From positions 7,694-71,693 of the IMG/VR virus record IMGVR_UViG_3300037837_000037: a DNA stretch of 64,000 nucleotides. One strand, given 5' to 3'. Source of the DNA: a virus (lineage: Duplodnaviria; Caudoviricetes). A model generated the notes under the pieces. That model was given only the letters and a program-made list of their open reading frames with translations, searched no databases and was not told the DNA's origin. Within the stretch, counting starts at the first letter, position 1, and every line of letters begins with the position of its first letter. The translations under genes and the position numbers were made by a program. Positions 8,172-16,447 of this stretch are shown piece by piece.

Positions 8172-8333
8172 CTATCTGTCTGCGCACATATACCCTAGGT
8201 ACTTACTATACCCCACCCCTTCCTATTTACTCCTCAACAGTTTACGGTTTACTATTATACACCACGTCTTTGCTAGATCATAGGGTGTACCTTGTCATTT
8301 GTTGCAACAACTGTTACCATATTGGTTACTTCG

Positions 8334-8528
8334 TTTGCTGTGTGCTTAATACTAGGACCTAGTTTGCTGTGTTAAGGCCCCTGTAGTAGACGTTTGCTGT
8401 GTTCTTGATACTAGAGGCTATTTGCTGTGGTAAAAGTAGGGTATGTACTTGATTTGCTGTATTATAGTTTGCTGTGTTAGGCTTAGTGTGCACTTGCTGT
8501 GCTGTGTTCTAGTTTGCTGTGCTGTGTT
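8334..8528 (+). repeat. array of 8 TTTGCTGT(G) direct repeats
   Basis: copies start at 8334, 8363, 8393, 8421, 8453, 8468, 8493 (CTTGCTGTG) and 8513. Confidence 0.9.
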
Positions 8529-8904
8529 AGGCAACATTCTGTCTCTCAGGTAGTATACGTATTAAAGCATACCCCACCCATCGCAAAAGTAAAAACGCAA
8601 ATCAGGAAGGGGCAAACGGTCAAAAGCAATTCATATAACGGCAGGGTGTACCCCTTCGCTAGTGTTTAGGCTATTGTATTATTTTGTAGAGGCTAAGCAG
8701 TAGGGTAGGGGATAGCTATTTTTTAAACCCAATACCAGCAGCTTATTATATAGCCATAAATAGTCTATTTAACATAATAAAAGTTATGAGACAGAATCCA
8801 GAGCCTGAAAATGTACATTGTTTTACTGTCTAGATTTGCTCAGCTTGTGACGCTCAGGAGCTGCAAAAGTTTTGTTTTATCTCTCCCATAGAGAGAGAAT
8901 AAAC

Positions 8905-8999
8905 AACACAGCAAACACAGCAAATTAAACACCAAACAAGCACAGCAAACGAGCCACAGACCCTAATAACACAGCAAACTAAAAACAGACCACAGCAAA
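8905..8999 (-). repeat. array of 5 inverted copies (CACAGCAAA on +)
   Basis: copies at 8907, 8916, 8941, 8970 and 8991. Confidence 0.9.
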
Positions 9000-9161
9000 T
9001 AAGATGCTAAATGCAACATTGTTGCAACATCAAAAACTTTAAAAGATAATAGGATATTTTTTAAAAGCTCCAGGAACCGCACTACCAGTACATCACAGAG
9101 CATCTTAAAAAAGGCGATAGCTTAAAATGTTAGTATATAACGAACATTTTTACCAAAATAA

Positions 9162-9193
9162 TTAGGATATAAGGATAATCTAATATATCTTAG
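9162..9193 (+). promoter_or_regulatory. possible early promoter (variant Bacteroidota type)
   Basis: TTAG-N20-TATCTTAG, an imperfect match to TTTG...TAnnTTTG, upstream of the early operon. Confidence 0.35.
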
Positions 9194-9473
9194 CACTCAA
9201 GGAAGCGCAACACAGCACAACCGAAACACAATAAACCGCTATGCAGAACAATACAACAAGTAAAACAGTAACGGTTTACAAACTAGCTCAACTAGTATCG
9301 CAGTACAACGGTGAAAGGGGAACAGCTAAACAGTTAGCTAAGCTATGTAAAGCAATAAACAAAACGCCACAAGTATATATAAGCTTCGCACAGTTAAGAG
9401 GGCTTATTTAAGCTCTTTTAGTTGTTTGTTTCTTCCTTAGTAGTTGAAGACATTTAAAACTATTCTTTTAGTT

Positions 9474-9497
9474 CTCCCGCACTTTTGAAAACGGGAG
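9474..9497 (+). promoter_or_regulatory. conserved hairpin 1 upstream of the first early gene
   Basis: CTCCCG-CACTTTTGAAAA-CGGGAG. Confidence 0.55.
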
Positions 9498-9542
9498 CGA
9501 AAATATAAACACAGTAAACACAAAAACCAAAATTTAAACATT

Positions 9543-9893
9543 ATGAAAAATTTAAACAACTACGTAAAAAACTGGATTAGTAACACGCCAACAGACGAAC
9601 AAGAAGACAGCATCAAACACGCGCTGGAATATGGTTGCGTCAGTGGTTCGGTAACTGAATTAATTTATTATGCAGATACTTTAAAATTTTACGAAGACCA
9701 CAAAGAAGAAATTAATAACCTTTTGAGCAATACACTTATTGAATTAGGTTGCACCGCTCCCGTTGAGTTATTCGGTAATAAATGGGACGAAAAAGATACT
9801 TTAGTGCTTGACACTAATAATCAAAACCTTTTAACTTGGTTTGCTTTTGAGGAAACTTTAAGGCGAGTTGCTGAGGAGTTGGAAATAGTATAA
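9543..9893 (+). CDS. acidic early protein, Ocr-like anti-restriction candidate
   Basis: first gene of the arm; 22 D/E vs 9 K/R; GCxSG..ELIYYADT..FY..H motif; YYAD shared with T7 Ocr. Confidence 0.55.
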   Translation: MKNLNNYVKNWISNTPTDEQEDSIKHALEYGCVSGSVTELIYYADTLKFYEDHKEEINNLLSNTLIELGCTAPVELFGNKWDEKDTLVLDTNNQNLLTWFAFEETLRRVAEELEIV

Positions 9894-9905
9894 TAACTTC
9901 CTTTT

Positions 9906-9937
9906 GTTCATCCCGCACTTTTAAAAACGGGGTGAAC
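9906..9937 (+). promoter_or_regulatory. conserved hairpin 2 upstream of the second early gene
   Basis: GTTCATCCCG-CACTTTTAAAAA-CGGGGTGAAC, 10-bp stem with almost the same loop as hairpin 1. Confidence 0.55.
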
Positions 9938-9976
9938 TTTTAAAACCTAATATAAACACAATTAAAATATAATATT

Positions 9977-10192
9977 ATGACCAAAAGAGAATTTGACCAA
10001 GAATTTAAAATGAATGATTTAAAAATTATTGCTGAACAATATGAAAGCGACGGAATCCCAGATAAACCAGCAAGGAGAGAAGCGTATAATAACAAAGCAG
10101 ATTTTTATTGCAAAGATGGAATAATAACAGATAAACAGTATAACGATTTTTGTATCCCTGATAATTTAGAAACAACTTTATATTGGTTATAA
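9977..10192 (+). CDS. small early protein
   Basis: 71-aa ORF with A-rich leader. Confidence 0.7.
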   Translation: MTKREFDQEFKMNDLKIIAEQYESDGIPDKPARREAYNNKADFYCKDGIITDKQYNDFCIPDNLETTLYWL

Positions 10193-10222
10193 ACAAAACA
10201 AACCCTTTTAAACCTTCATAAA

Positions 10223-10687
10223 ATGAAACAATTAACAACAGATAGAAACGGTAAATTAATTACCGTTGACAGTTCAGGAAATTTACAAACGATACACATA
10301 AACCACACACACGAAACTTTGCAAGACATTAAAGAGGACAGTTTTAAACCTTTCGCAGTAGCGGAGGAGGTGAGCAACTTTGCAAGAATCCACTTAATAA
10401 CGGCACAAAGTGAAGACGAAGCACTCCAGGCGATTGATGAATATTTAAGAGAGAACGAAGCCCAGGAAGTAGAAGAGGAAGGAGGGACGCACTTAATCGG
10501 GGCTTTTGAACTTACTATAAAAGAAACAACACCCACAAAAGGCGACATTATAACCACGACAGACGGCAAAAAATACCGAGTTTTAAGCGTAGACAGTAAT
10601 AAAACTCTACAAGGTTTAGAGTATAGCGAAGAAGACCAAAACAGTTACCCAAGAATTAAAATGATATTAATTAAGGACATAATTTAA
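10223..10687 (+). CDS. acidic early protein
   Basis: 154-aa ORF in the early operon. Confidence 0.7.
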   Translation: MKQLTTDRNGKLITVDSSGNLQTIHINHTHETLQDIKEDSFKPFAVAEEVSNFARIHLITAQSEDEALQAIDEYLRENEAQEVEEEGGTHLIGAFELTIKETTPTKGDIITTTDGKKYRVLSVDSNKTLQGLEYSEEDQNSYPRIKMILIKDII

Positions 10688-10692
10688 ACCCA

Positions 10693-10902
10693 ATGAAAAC
10701 AACAGCAATTTTTTACAGTCACATTTTACAAGGACACGAAGCAACAGAAAAAAACGCAATTGAACACGCTAACGGGTACGACTTCACACAGGAGGAAGCG
10801 AAAGAAAATAGTTTTCCTTTTCTTAATTATATTAACACCATAAACGGAATAGAAATTTATTATAACTACGGTTCCGACTGCTTTTATTTTGCACAACCTT
10901 AA
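10693..10902 (+). CDS. small early protein
   Basis: 69-aa ORF, AAACCCA leader. Confidence 0.7.
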   Translation: MKTTAIFYSHILQGHEATEKNAIEHANGYDFTQEEAKENSFPFLNYINTINGIEIYYNYGSDCFYFAQP

Positions 10903-10913
10903 AAACCAACCCA

Positions 10914-11072
10914 ATGACAAAGAGAGAGGAATACAAAAAGTTTTGTTTTAATTATGGAACTCAACACGTAGAAAGGTTATTTGCTGGATTTAAAGGATAC
11001 CAGCGAGTAAGAAACGAACACAGCTATAAAATTGTAAAAGAAGAAACAGAAACCTATTTTAACACGTTTTAA
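10914..11072 (+). CDS. 52-aa early protein (not in ORF track)
   Basis: hand translation MTKREEYKKFCLNYGTQHVERLFAGFKGYQRVRNEHSYKIVKEETETYFNTF; AAAAACCAACCCA leader. Confidence 0.6.
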   Translation: MTKREEYKKFCFNYGTQHVERLFAGFKGYQRVRNEHSYKIVKEETETYFNTF

Positions 11073-11134
11073 GACACTTTTTTAAACACGAGTATACAAA
11101 TACACATAAACACAATAAAAAACCATTAGAAGCT

Positions 11135-11479
11135 ATGAAACACACAAAAGAAGCTATTAAAGCACTAAACAACGAATGGAGCGAAAATTGGGATCAAGTA
11201 ATTGATTTTTTCGGTCAGGAGTTAGCAGATAAATTTGATAAGGCAATAATAGAACCAGATACAACACAAGAGAGAGAGAAAGAAATATCTTTAATAGTTG
11301 CCGTAATAATTAGAGAGGATATTTTAAACGGATCAGTTTTTCAAACGTTTGATAAAGCTCATGAAATAGCAACAGAATTTATAAAAATACATCCAGCTAG
11401 TAAAACTTGGGAAGATGAAGATCTTGATTTTGATGAAACAATTATAGTTTTCACAAAAAACACAATAAAAAACCACTAA
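11135..11479 (+). CDS. acidic early protein
   Basis: 114-aa ORF. Confidence 0.7.
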   Translation: MKHTKEAIKALNNEWSENWDQVIDFFGQELADKFDKAIIEPDTTQEREKEISLIVAVIIREDILNGSVFQTFDKAHEIATEFIKIHPASKTWEDEDLDFDETIIVFTKNTIKNH

Positions 11480-11490
11480 AAAAAACCACT

Positions 11491-12018
11491 ATGAAAACAA
11501 TAGAAATAACACTTTACAAGTTCAACGAACTAAACGAAACAGCACAAGCACACGCAATAGAGAACAATAGACATTTTAATGTAGATTATGAGTGGTGGAA
11601 TTGCACGTATGATGACGCATTAAATGTAGGTTTAGAAATTAACGGTTTTGACCTTGATAGAAGTAAACATTGTACGGGTAAATTAATTTCTTCAGGTAGC
11701 GAAACATCTAATTTAATACTAGACAACCACGGAGAGAAAAGCGATACATATATACTAGCTAAGGAGTTTAAAAACAAATGGAGCAAATTAGTAACTAAAC
11801 ATTCAGACGGTGTAAAGCTAGATAAAGTAACGGAAGAGAGAGAGTATGAATTTGATAATCTTGCGGATGATATGGAATATAGATTTTTGAATGACTTGTT
11901 GGCCTTATATGCTGATATGCTAGAAAAAGAATATGAATGGCTTATAGGTGATGAATGTATCAAAGAGAGTTTAATAGCTAATGATTATGATTTTTTACAA
12001 TCAGGAGCAAGATATTAA
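11491..12018 (+). CDS. widespread phage early protein of unknown function
   Basis: MKTIEITLYKFNEL.E.AQ..AI...EYEWL...E.I.ESLIANDYDF family pattern. Confidence 0.75.
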   Translation: MKTIEITLYKFNELNETAQAHAIENNRHFNVDYEWWNCTYDDALNVGLEINGFDLDRSKHCTGKLISSGSETSNLILDNHGEKSDTYILAKEFKNKWSKLVTKHSDGVKLDKVTEEREYEFDNLADDMEYRFLNDLLALYADMLEKEYEWLIGDECIKESLIANDYDFLQSGARY

Positions 12019-12038
12019 TCCCCGCAAAATAAAAAACG

Positions 12039-12191
12039 ATGGAAAACGAAGTAAATATAAGTATATCAAAAAAAGACCTTCAATACATGCTAAGCAAAAC
12101 AGAAAACAAAGAACTGTTTTTGTTTACATGGATAGTTAAAACAGAAGGCGACCAGGAGATGAAAATTAATATTAGTACAAGCGAAAAATAA
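12039..12191 (+). CDS. 50-aa early protein (not in ORF track)
   Basis: hand translation MENEVNISISKKDLQYMLSKTENKELFLFTWIVKTEGDQEMKINISTSEK. Confidence 0.55.
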   Translation: MENEVNISISKKDLQYMLSKTENKELFLFTWIVKTEGDQEMKINISTSEK

Positions 12192-12212
12192 ACCCAATAA
12201 AAAACCAAAAAC

Positions 12213-12599
12213 ATGGAATTATTACAAACATTTGAATACGACAACATTAAAGTAGAAACATACTACCAAGGAACAGATAAGCTCCCTAATAAAGTATATT
12301 TGAACGGAGAATTAATAGAGCAAGATGATACTTTTAGACCGTCACCGCTGCACAGTATTGACGACACGGAAACAATAGTATCATTACTTGGGTTCATTAC
12401 ACTAAGGAGAGACGACGTAGAAGAAGATTATTTTGAAACAAGAAGTTCAGACAAACTTGTAAACTGGGCAGAAGATGATGAAAATGTACGCATGATGATA
12501 TACGATTATGAAAATAAAGATGATGAAGATTATTTGAAAGCTAATGAAATGAGTTATGATGATTGTATAAGGATTGAAAAATATATAACAACACATTAA
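12213..12599 (+). CDS. acidic early protein
   Basis: 128-aa ORF, very D/E-rich. Confidence 0.7.
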   Translation: MELLQTFEYDNIKVETYYQGTDKLPNKVYLNGELIEQDDTFRPSPLHSIDDTETIVSLLGFITLRRDDVEEDYFETRSSDKLVNWAEDDENVRMMIYDYENKDDEDYLKANEMSYDDCIRIEKYITTH

Positions 12600-12718
12600 C
12601 CCATGAAACAAGAAAACGACTTTTTTATGACGTGGCTAATAGTAGTTTTTATTATTGCCGTAGTTATTACAGTAGGTAAAATTTATTAATAGGGTAAACC
12701 CCGCAAATTTGAAATCCA

Positions 12719-12973
12719 ATGACTAAAAACACATACAAAACAATTACACCAGCAGACATAAAAGAGAGTCTAGCAAGGTTAAAAGTACAAGTGATAACAA
12801 AGTACAATGATAGATTTGAACAAGCCACAAAAGAACTCCAGGAGGTGACAAAAGAGAGAGAGGAAAGCAGAAATGTTATGCACGACATAGGACTGAAAAA
12901 TAAGATTGATATACTTAACGCTGAAAGACATTCTTTGGACTGGTGTATAAGAACTTTAAAAGAAACTAAATAA
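12719..12973 (+). CDS. coiled-coil hypothetical protein
   Basis: 84-aa ORF. Confidence 0.65.
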   Translation: MTKNTYKTITPADIKESLARLKVQVITKYNDRFEQATKELQEVTKEREESRNVMHDIGLKNKIDILNAERHSLDWCIRTLKETK

Positions 12974-13073
12974 TGATATACATACCACATATAGCAATGC
13001 TAATAGTACTATTTTTTGTAGTCAGAAATTTAGCAAAACAAATTAGAGATAAAAACGATTAAAAATAAACAAC

Positions 13074-13778
13074 ATGAAAACATTTACAATTAAAAAAGAA
13101 CATTTAGACAAAGACAACTTTTATACAGGAAGTGAAAATTTAGAAGATTTTAACGGAAATATTGAAAGTGAAGAAAATTTAGGTTACATAAGATTTAAAA
13201 AATCACTAATTTCTAAAGGTTACATTTATTTTAAAGCAGGAAGTGGAATTGAAGCAGGAAGTGGAATTGAAGCAGGAAGTGGAATTAAAGCAGGAAGTGG
13301 AATTGAAGCAGGAAGTGGAATTAAAGCAGGAGATGGAATTGAAGCAGGATGGGGAATTAAAGCAGGAATTGGAATTAAAGCAGGAAGTGGAATTAAAGCA
13401 GGAAGTGGAATTGAAGCAGGAAGTGGAATTAAAGCAGGAGATGGAATTGAAGCAGGATGGGGAATTGAAGCAGGAAGTGGAATTAAAGCAGGAGATGGAA
13501 TTAAAGCAGGAAGTGGAATTGAAGCAGGATGGGGAATTACATGTAAACTATCTTTAAATATTAATTTAAGAATATTTGCAGGCTTATGCTTATGGAGAGA
13601 ACCAACTAAAGAAGAAACTTTAATAACTTGCGGGGAACTTGAAAACGGAACTATTTGTTTTGGCGAACTCGTTGAAACTGGGGTTAAAGAAGAAAATAAA
13701 ACAATAGTTATAGACGGTAAAGAGATTAATATAAGTATTGAAAGTTTTAACGCTTTAAAAGAATCTTTAAACGAATGA
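13074..13778 (+). CDS. hexapeptide-repeat (AGxGI[EK]) protein, probable beta-helix
   Basis: 17 tandem AG(S/D/W/I)GI(E/K/T) units. Confidence 0.8.
   Translation: MKTFTIKKEHLDKDNFYTGSENLEDFNGNIESEENLGYIRFKKSLISKGYIYFKAGSGIEAGSGIEAGSGIKAGSGIEAGSGIKAGDGIEAGWGIKAGIGIKAGSGIKAGSGIEAGSGIKAGDGIEAGWGIEAGSGIKAGDGIKAGSGIEAGWGITCKLSLNINLRIFAGLCLWREPTKEETLITCGELENGTICFGELVETGVKEENKTIVIDGKEINISIESFNALKESLNE
13236..13541 (+). repeat. 17 x 18-bp coding tandem repeat
   Basis: unit GCAGGA(AGT/GAT/TGG/ATT)GGAATT(GAA/AAA/ACA). Confidence 0.95.
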
Positions 13779-14272
13779 TAACACTACTACACACAAAACA
13801 AAAAGCTGATAAGTACTTGTTTTACTTTTACCTAACCATACAAGGCCGAGGAGACGAACTATCTGTAATTAAGATCCAAGGAACTAAAGCAGAAGCAACA
13901 CACGAAATAAAATATCTTATCCTGACTGACTTAATCGGCAACTTTAGTACGTTTATTTGTGGCATACACAAAGACATAGATAGTATTGAACTACTAAGCG
14001 ACAAGGAAGTGACGATCAATTTATTTGATGTACTACAAAAAATGGTACACATGAAAGAGACTGTTGATTCTAAACACAAAATAGAGAGAGAGTATATGCA
14101 AGTTGCTAAAGGTATTTTAAAGTATCGTAAGGAGTTGTTTAGTATTGTTCATGTACTTGGTAAAGATTATAAGAGATATGCTCAATATGTTGCTCTAATG
14201 AAGTCTTGTAGTGATGTAGTGAGTAATGATATAAGTACTTTTTTTGAAACCCCGCAAAATATAAACGCATGA
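13775..14272 (+). CDS. hypothetical protein
   Basis: 165 aa, ATGA-coupled at both ends. Confidence 0.7.
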   Translation: MITLLHTKQKADKYLFYFYLTIQGRGDELSVIKIQGTKAEATHEIKYLILTDLIGNFSTFICGIHKDIDSIELLSDKEVTINLFDVLQKMVHMKETVDSKHKIEREYMQVAKGILKYRKELFSIVHVLGKDYKRYAQYVALMKSCSDVVSNDISTFFETPQNINA

Positions 14273-14706
14273 AAGAAATAAAAACAATCCAAGAAGCTAA
14301 AGACTTTTTAGCTGACAACTATGAAAAAGGAACTAAATGTCCTTGTTGTGACCAGACAGTAAAAATGTACAATTTTAAGTTATCCAAAGGAATGGCACTA
14401 GTTTTAGTTAAAATGTACAAGTTAAGACATGGAGACTGGTTACACCCCGTTAAAGACCTCAATACACCTAGTGGTGATTATGCTAAACTTAGACATTGGG
14501 GATTGATAACACGAAGCGTAGACCCTGACAAGAAAGGTTTGTGGAGGATAACAGAACAAGGAGAGTTCTTTATCGGTGGAGATATGAAAGTCCAGGAGAA
14601 GATAAGATTATACAACGGTAAGTTTTACGGATGTATAGGAGAATGGATAACAATAAAACAAGCACTTACAAATAAATTTAACTTAAACGAATTACTAAAT
14701 AATTAA
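14269..14706 (+). CDS. zinc-ribbon plus winged-helix-like protein
   Basis: KCPCCDQ then YAKLRHWGLI...GLWRITEQG. Confidence 0.65.
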   Translation: MKEIKTIQEAKDFLADNYEKGTKCPCCDQTVKMYNFKLSKGMALVLVKMYKLRHGDWLHPVKDLNTPSGDYAKLRHWGLITRSVDPDKKGLWRITEQGEFFIGGDMKVQEKIRLYNGKFYGCIGEWITIKQALTNKFNLNELLNN

Positions 14707-14710
14707 TATC

Positions 14711-15088
14711 ATGGCAAAACCAACTAAAAACAAAAACTTAGAAGACCTCACTGAGATAGAGTACAGAAATAGATTGATTGTAAAATCTATTGTAGATGCA
14801 GAGAATAAAGAGGATCGTAAAAGGATATTAGAAAGTATGCCTAAGCTACCAGCTAATAAAAAAGCACAGTTCTTTTACGAAAACAAATTACAACGTAAAG
14901 CTAGAGGAAGGATGCTAAAGTACTTGAGAGAGAATTTAGGAATAACTCAAACAGAATTTGCAATGTTAGTTGGAACTAATAGGTCGTATATTTCTCAAGC
15001 AGAAAGTGGATTGGTAGATATTAGTTGTGCTGCTATGGATTTTTGGTGTAGTAGAGCTGGAGGTAGAATGATAGTAGTGCCTTTTTAG
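14711..15088 (+). CDS. XRE-family HTH transcriptional regulator
   Basis: LKYLRENLGITQTEFAMLVGTNRSYISQAESG. Confidence 0.85.
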   Translation: MAKPTKNKNLEDLTEIEYRNRLIVKSIVDAENKEDRKRILESMPKLPANKKAQFFYENKLQRKARGRMLKYLRENLGITQTEFAMLVGTNRSYISQAESGLVDISCAAMDFWCSRAGGRMIVVPF

Positions 15089-15135
15089 TACACCCCGAAA
15101 AATTATAAATAAACTTAAAATAAAAATAGATTATT

Positions 15136-15648
15136 ATGGGAAGAGAAGTAAGAAGAGTACCGAAAGACTGGAAGCATCCAAGGAAAGACAATGGTAATTA
15201 CCAACCTTTATTTGAAGGCGGTTACATGCAAAAGTTAAAGGACTGGAATAAAGGCAAAAAGAAATGGGATGAAGGTTTAGTAGAGGATTGGGGAGGAGGA
15301 AAAGATGCTTGGAAAGATAAAAGTGAAGACTTAAAAAATATGACGTATTCAGAATGGAACAACCCAGCTCCTGAAAAAGAACATTATATGCCTGACTTTA
15401 AAGAGGAAGAGAAAACACATATTCAAATGTATGAAGATACTAGTGAAGGAACTCCTATTAGTCCAGTACTTGAAACTCCTGAAGAGTTAGCTCGTTGGTT
15501 AGCTGACAATAAAGCGAGTGCTTTTGCAGGTAGGTCAGCTACCTATGAGCAATGGTTAGCTACAATAGACAGGGGTTCAGCTCCAAGTGCTATTGTTTCA
15601 AATGGAGTAGTGAAAAGCGGAGTTGAAGCTAGTGAGAACTTAAAATAA
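15136..15648 (+). CDS. widespread phage protein of unknown function
   Basis: MGREVRRVPKDWKHP...QMYEDTSEGTPISPVLETPEELARWL family pattern. Confidence 0.75.
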   Translation: MGREVRRVPKDWKHPRKDNGNYQPLFEGGYMQKLKDWNKGKKKWDEGLVEDWGGGKDAWKDKSEDLKNMTYSEWNNPAPEKEHYMPDFKEEEKTHIQMYEDTSEGTPISPVLETPEELARWLADNKASAFAGRSATYEQWLATIDRGSAPSAIVSNGVVKSGVEASENLK

Positions 15649-15654
15649 AAACCA

Positions 15655-16140
15655 ATGGACAAAATAATAACATCAATAACATTTAAACGAGACTCTTCAT
15701 TAAAAGATATGCTCGTTAGATTGACAGATATTAGATCACTAACATCATTCCTTTTTTCAAAACGGGGAGAAGGACTAACAATAACTATTGAAGAGACAAT
15801 ATCAATAGAGAACAAAAGAAGGATGTACAACTACTTAAATGGAGTACTGATACCTTTCGTTATAAAAGTTAAAAGAGAACAAGGAGAGGTCCTGGATAAG
15901 GTTGAGTGCATGATAGCAATGAAGATGATGTTTGCTAAAGATATTATAGCTGATAATGATGGTAGCGATGTGTTTGTACTACTAAGCCAACGAGACATGA
16001 CAAAAGGTAGATTGATAGATTTTATCAACGATATTGCAAGTCATATTGAAATGGAATACGGAGTAGCAGTACCAGATGCAGATGAGTATAAACTGATGAA
16101 GTTAAATTTTCTTAATAAACGGGAGTTTAAAAAAGTATAA
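15655..16140 (+). CDS. hypothetical protein, weakly NinB-like
   Basis: 161 aa; S.ENKRRMYNYL.GV...SQRDMTKGRLIDFINDI..H pattern. Confidence 0.45.
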   Translation: MDKIITSITFKRDSSLKDMLVRLTDIRSLTSFLFSKRGEGLTITIEETISIENKRRMYNYLNGVLIPFVIKVKREQGEVLDKVECMIAMKMMFAKDIIADNDGSDVFVLLSQRDMTKGRLIDFINDIASHIEMEYGVAVPDADEYKLMKLNFLNKREFKKV

Positions 16141-16153
16141 AGTAAATTAGATT

Positions 16154-16447
16154 ATGGGAAGTACTATACATCAAACAACGTGCGACAACTGCGGTAGTAA
16201 TATGGGGTTTTATGACCACGACTACAAAGAGAAAAGATTAAGAATAGCTTGTGATAACTGTGACTATGAAAAGATAGATGAAAACTTTACAGGATCATTA
16301 GTTTTCAAGCCTAGGTCAATAGGATATTCAGGAACTATGATTGAGTTAACGAAAAAAAGCTGGGAAGAGAAACTATTCGGAGATAAAAAACCAAACTTTA
16401 AAACAAAAATAACACACAGAAAAGATGGGAATAAAATTAACAAATAA
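16154..16447 (+). CDS. zinc-ribbon protein
   Basis: CDNC...CDNC. Confidence 0.65.
   Translation: MGSTIHQTTCDNCGSNMGFYDHDYKEKRLRIACDNCDYEKIDENFTGSLVFKPRSIGYSGTMIELTKKSWEEKLFGDKKPNFKTKITHRKDGNKINK

Noticed and set aside
8334-8528. Repeat-spacer pattern resembling a mini-CRISPR array
   Set aside because: The repeats are only 9-11 bp, the spacing is irregular, spacers 1 and 3 are similar to each other, there is an inverted partner array, and there is no cas operon.
13243-13557. 104-aa ORF with ELKQEV repeats
   Set aside because: It is the alternative reading frame of the 18-bp repeat inside 13074..13778 and stays open only because the repeat unit has no stop in that frame.
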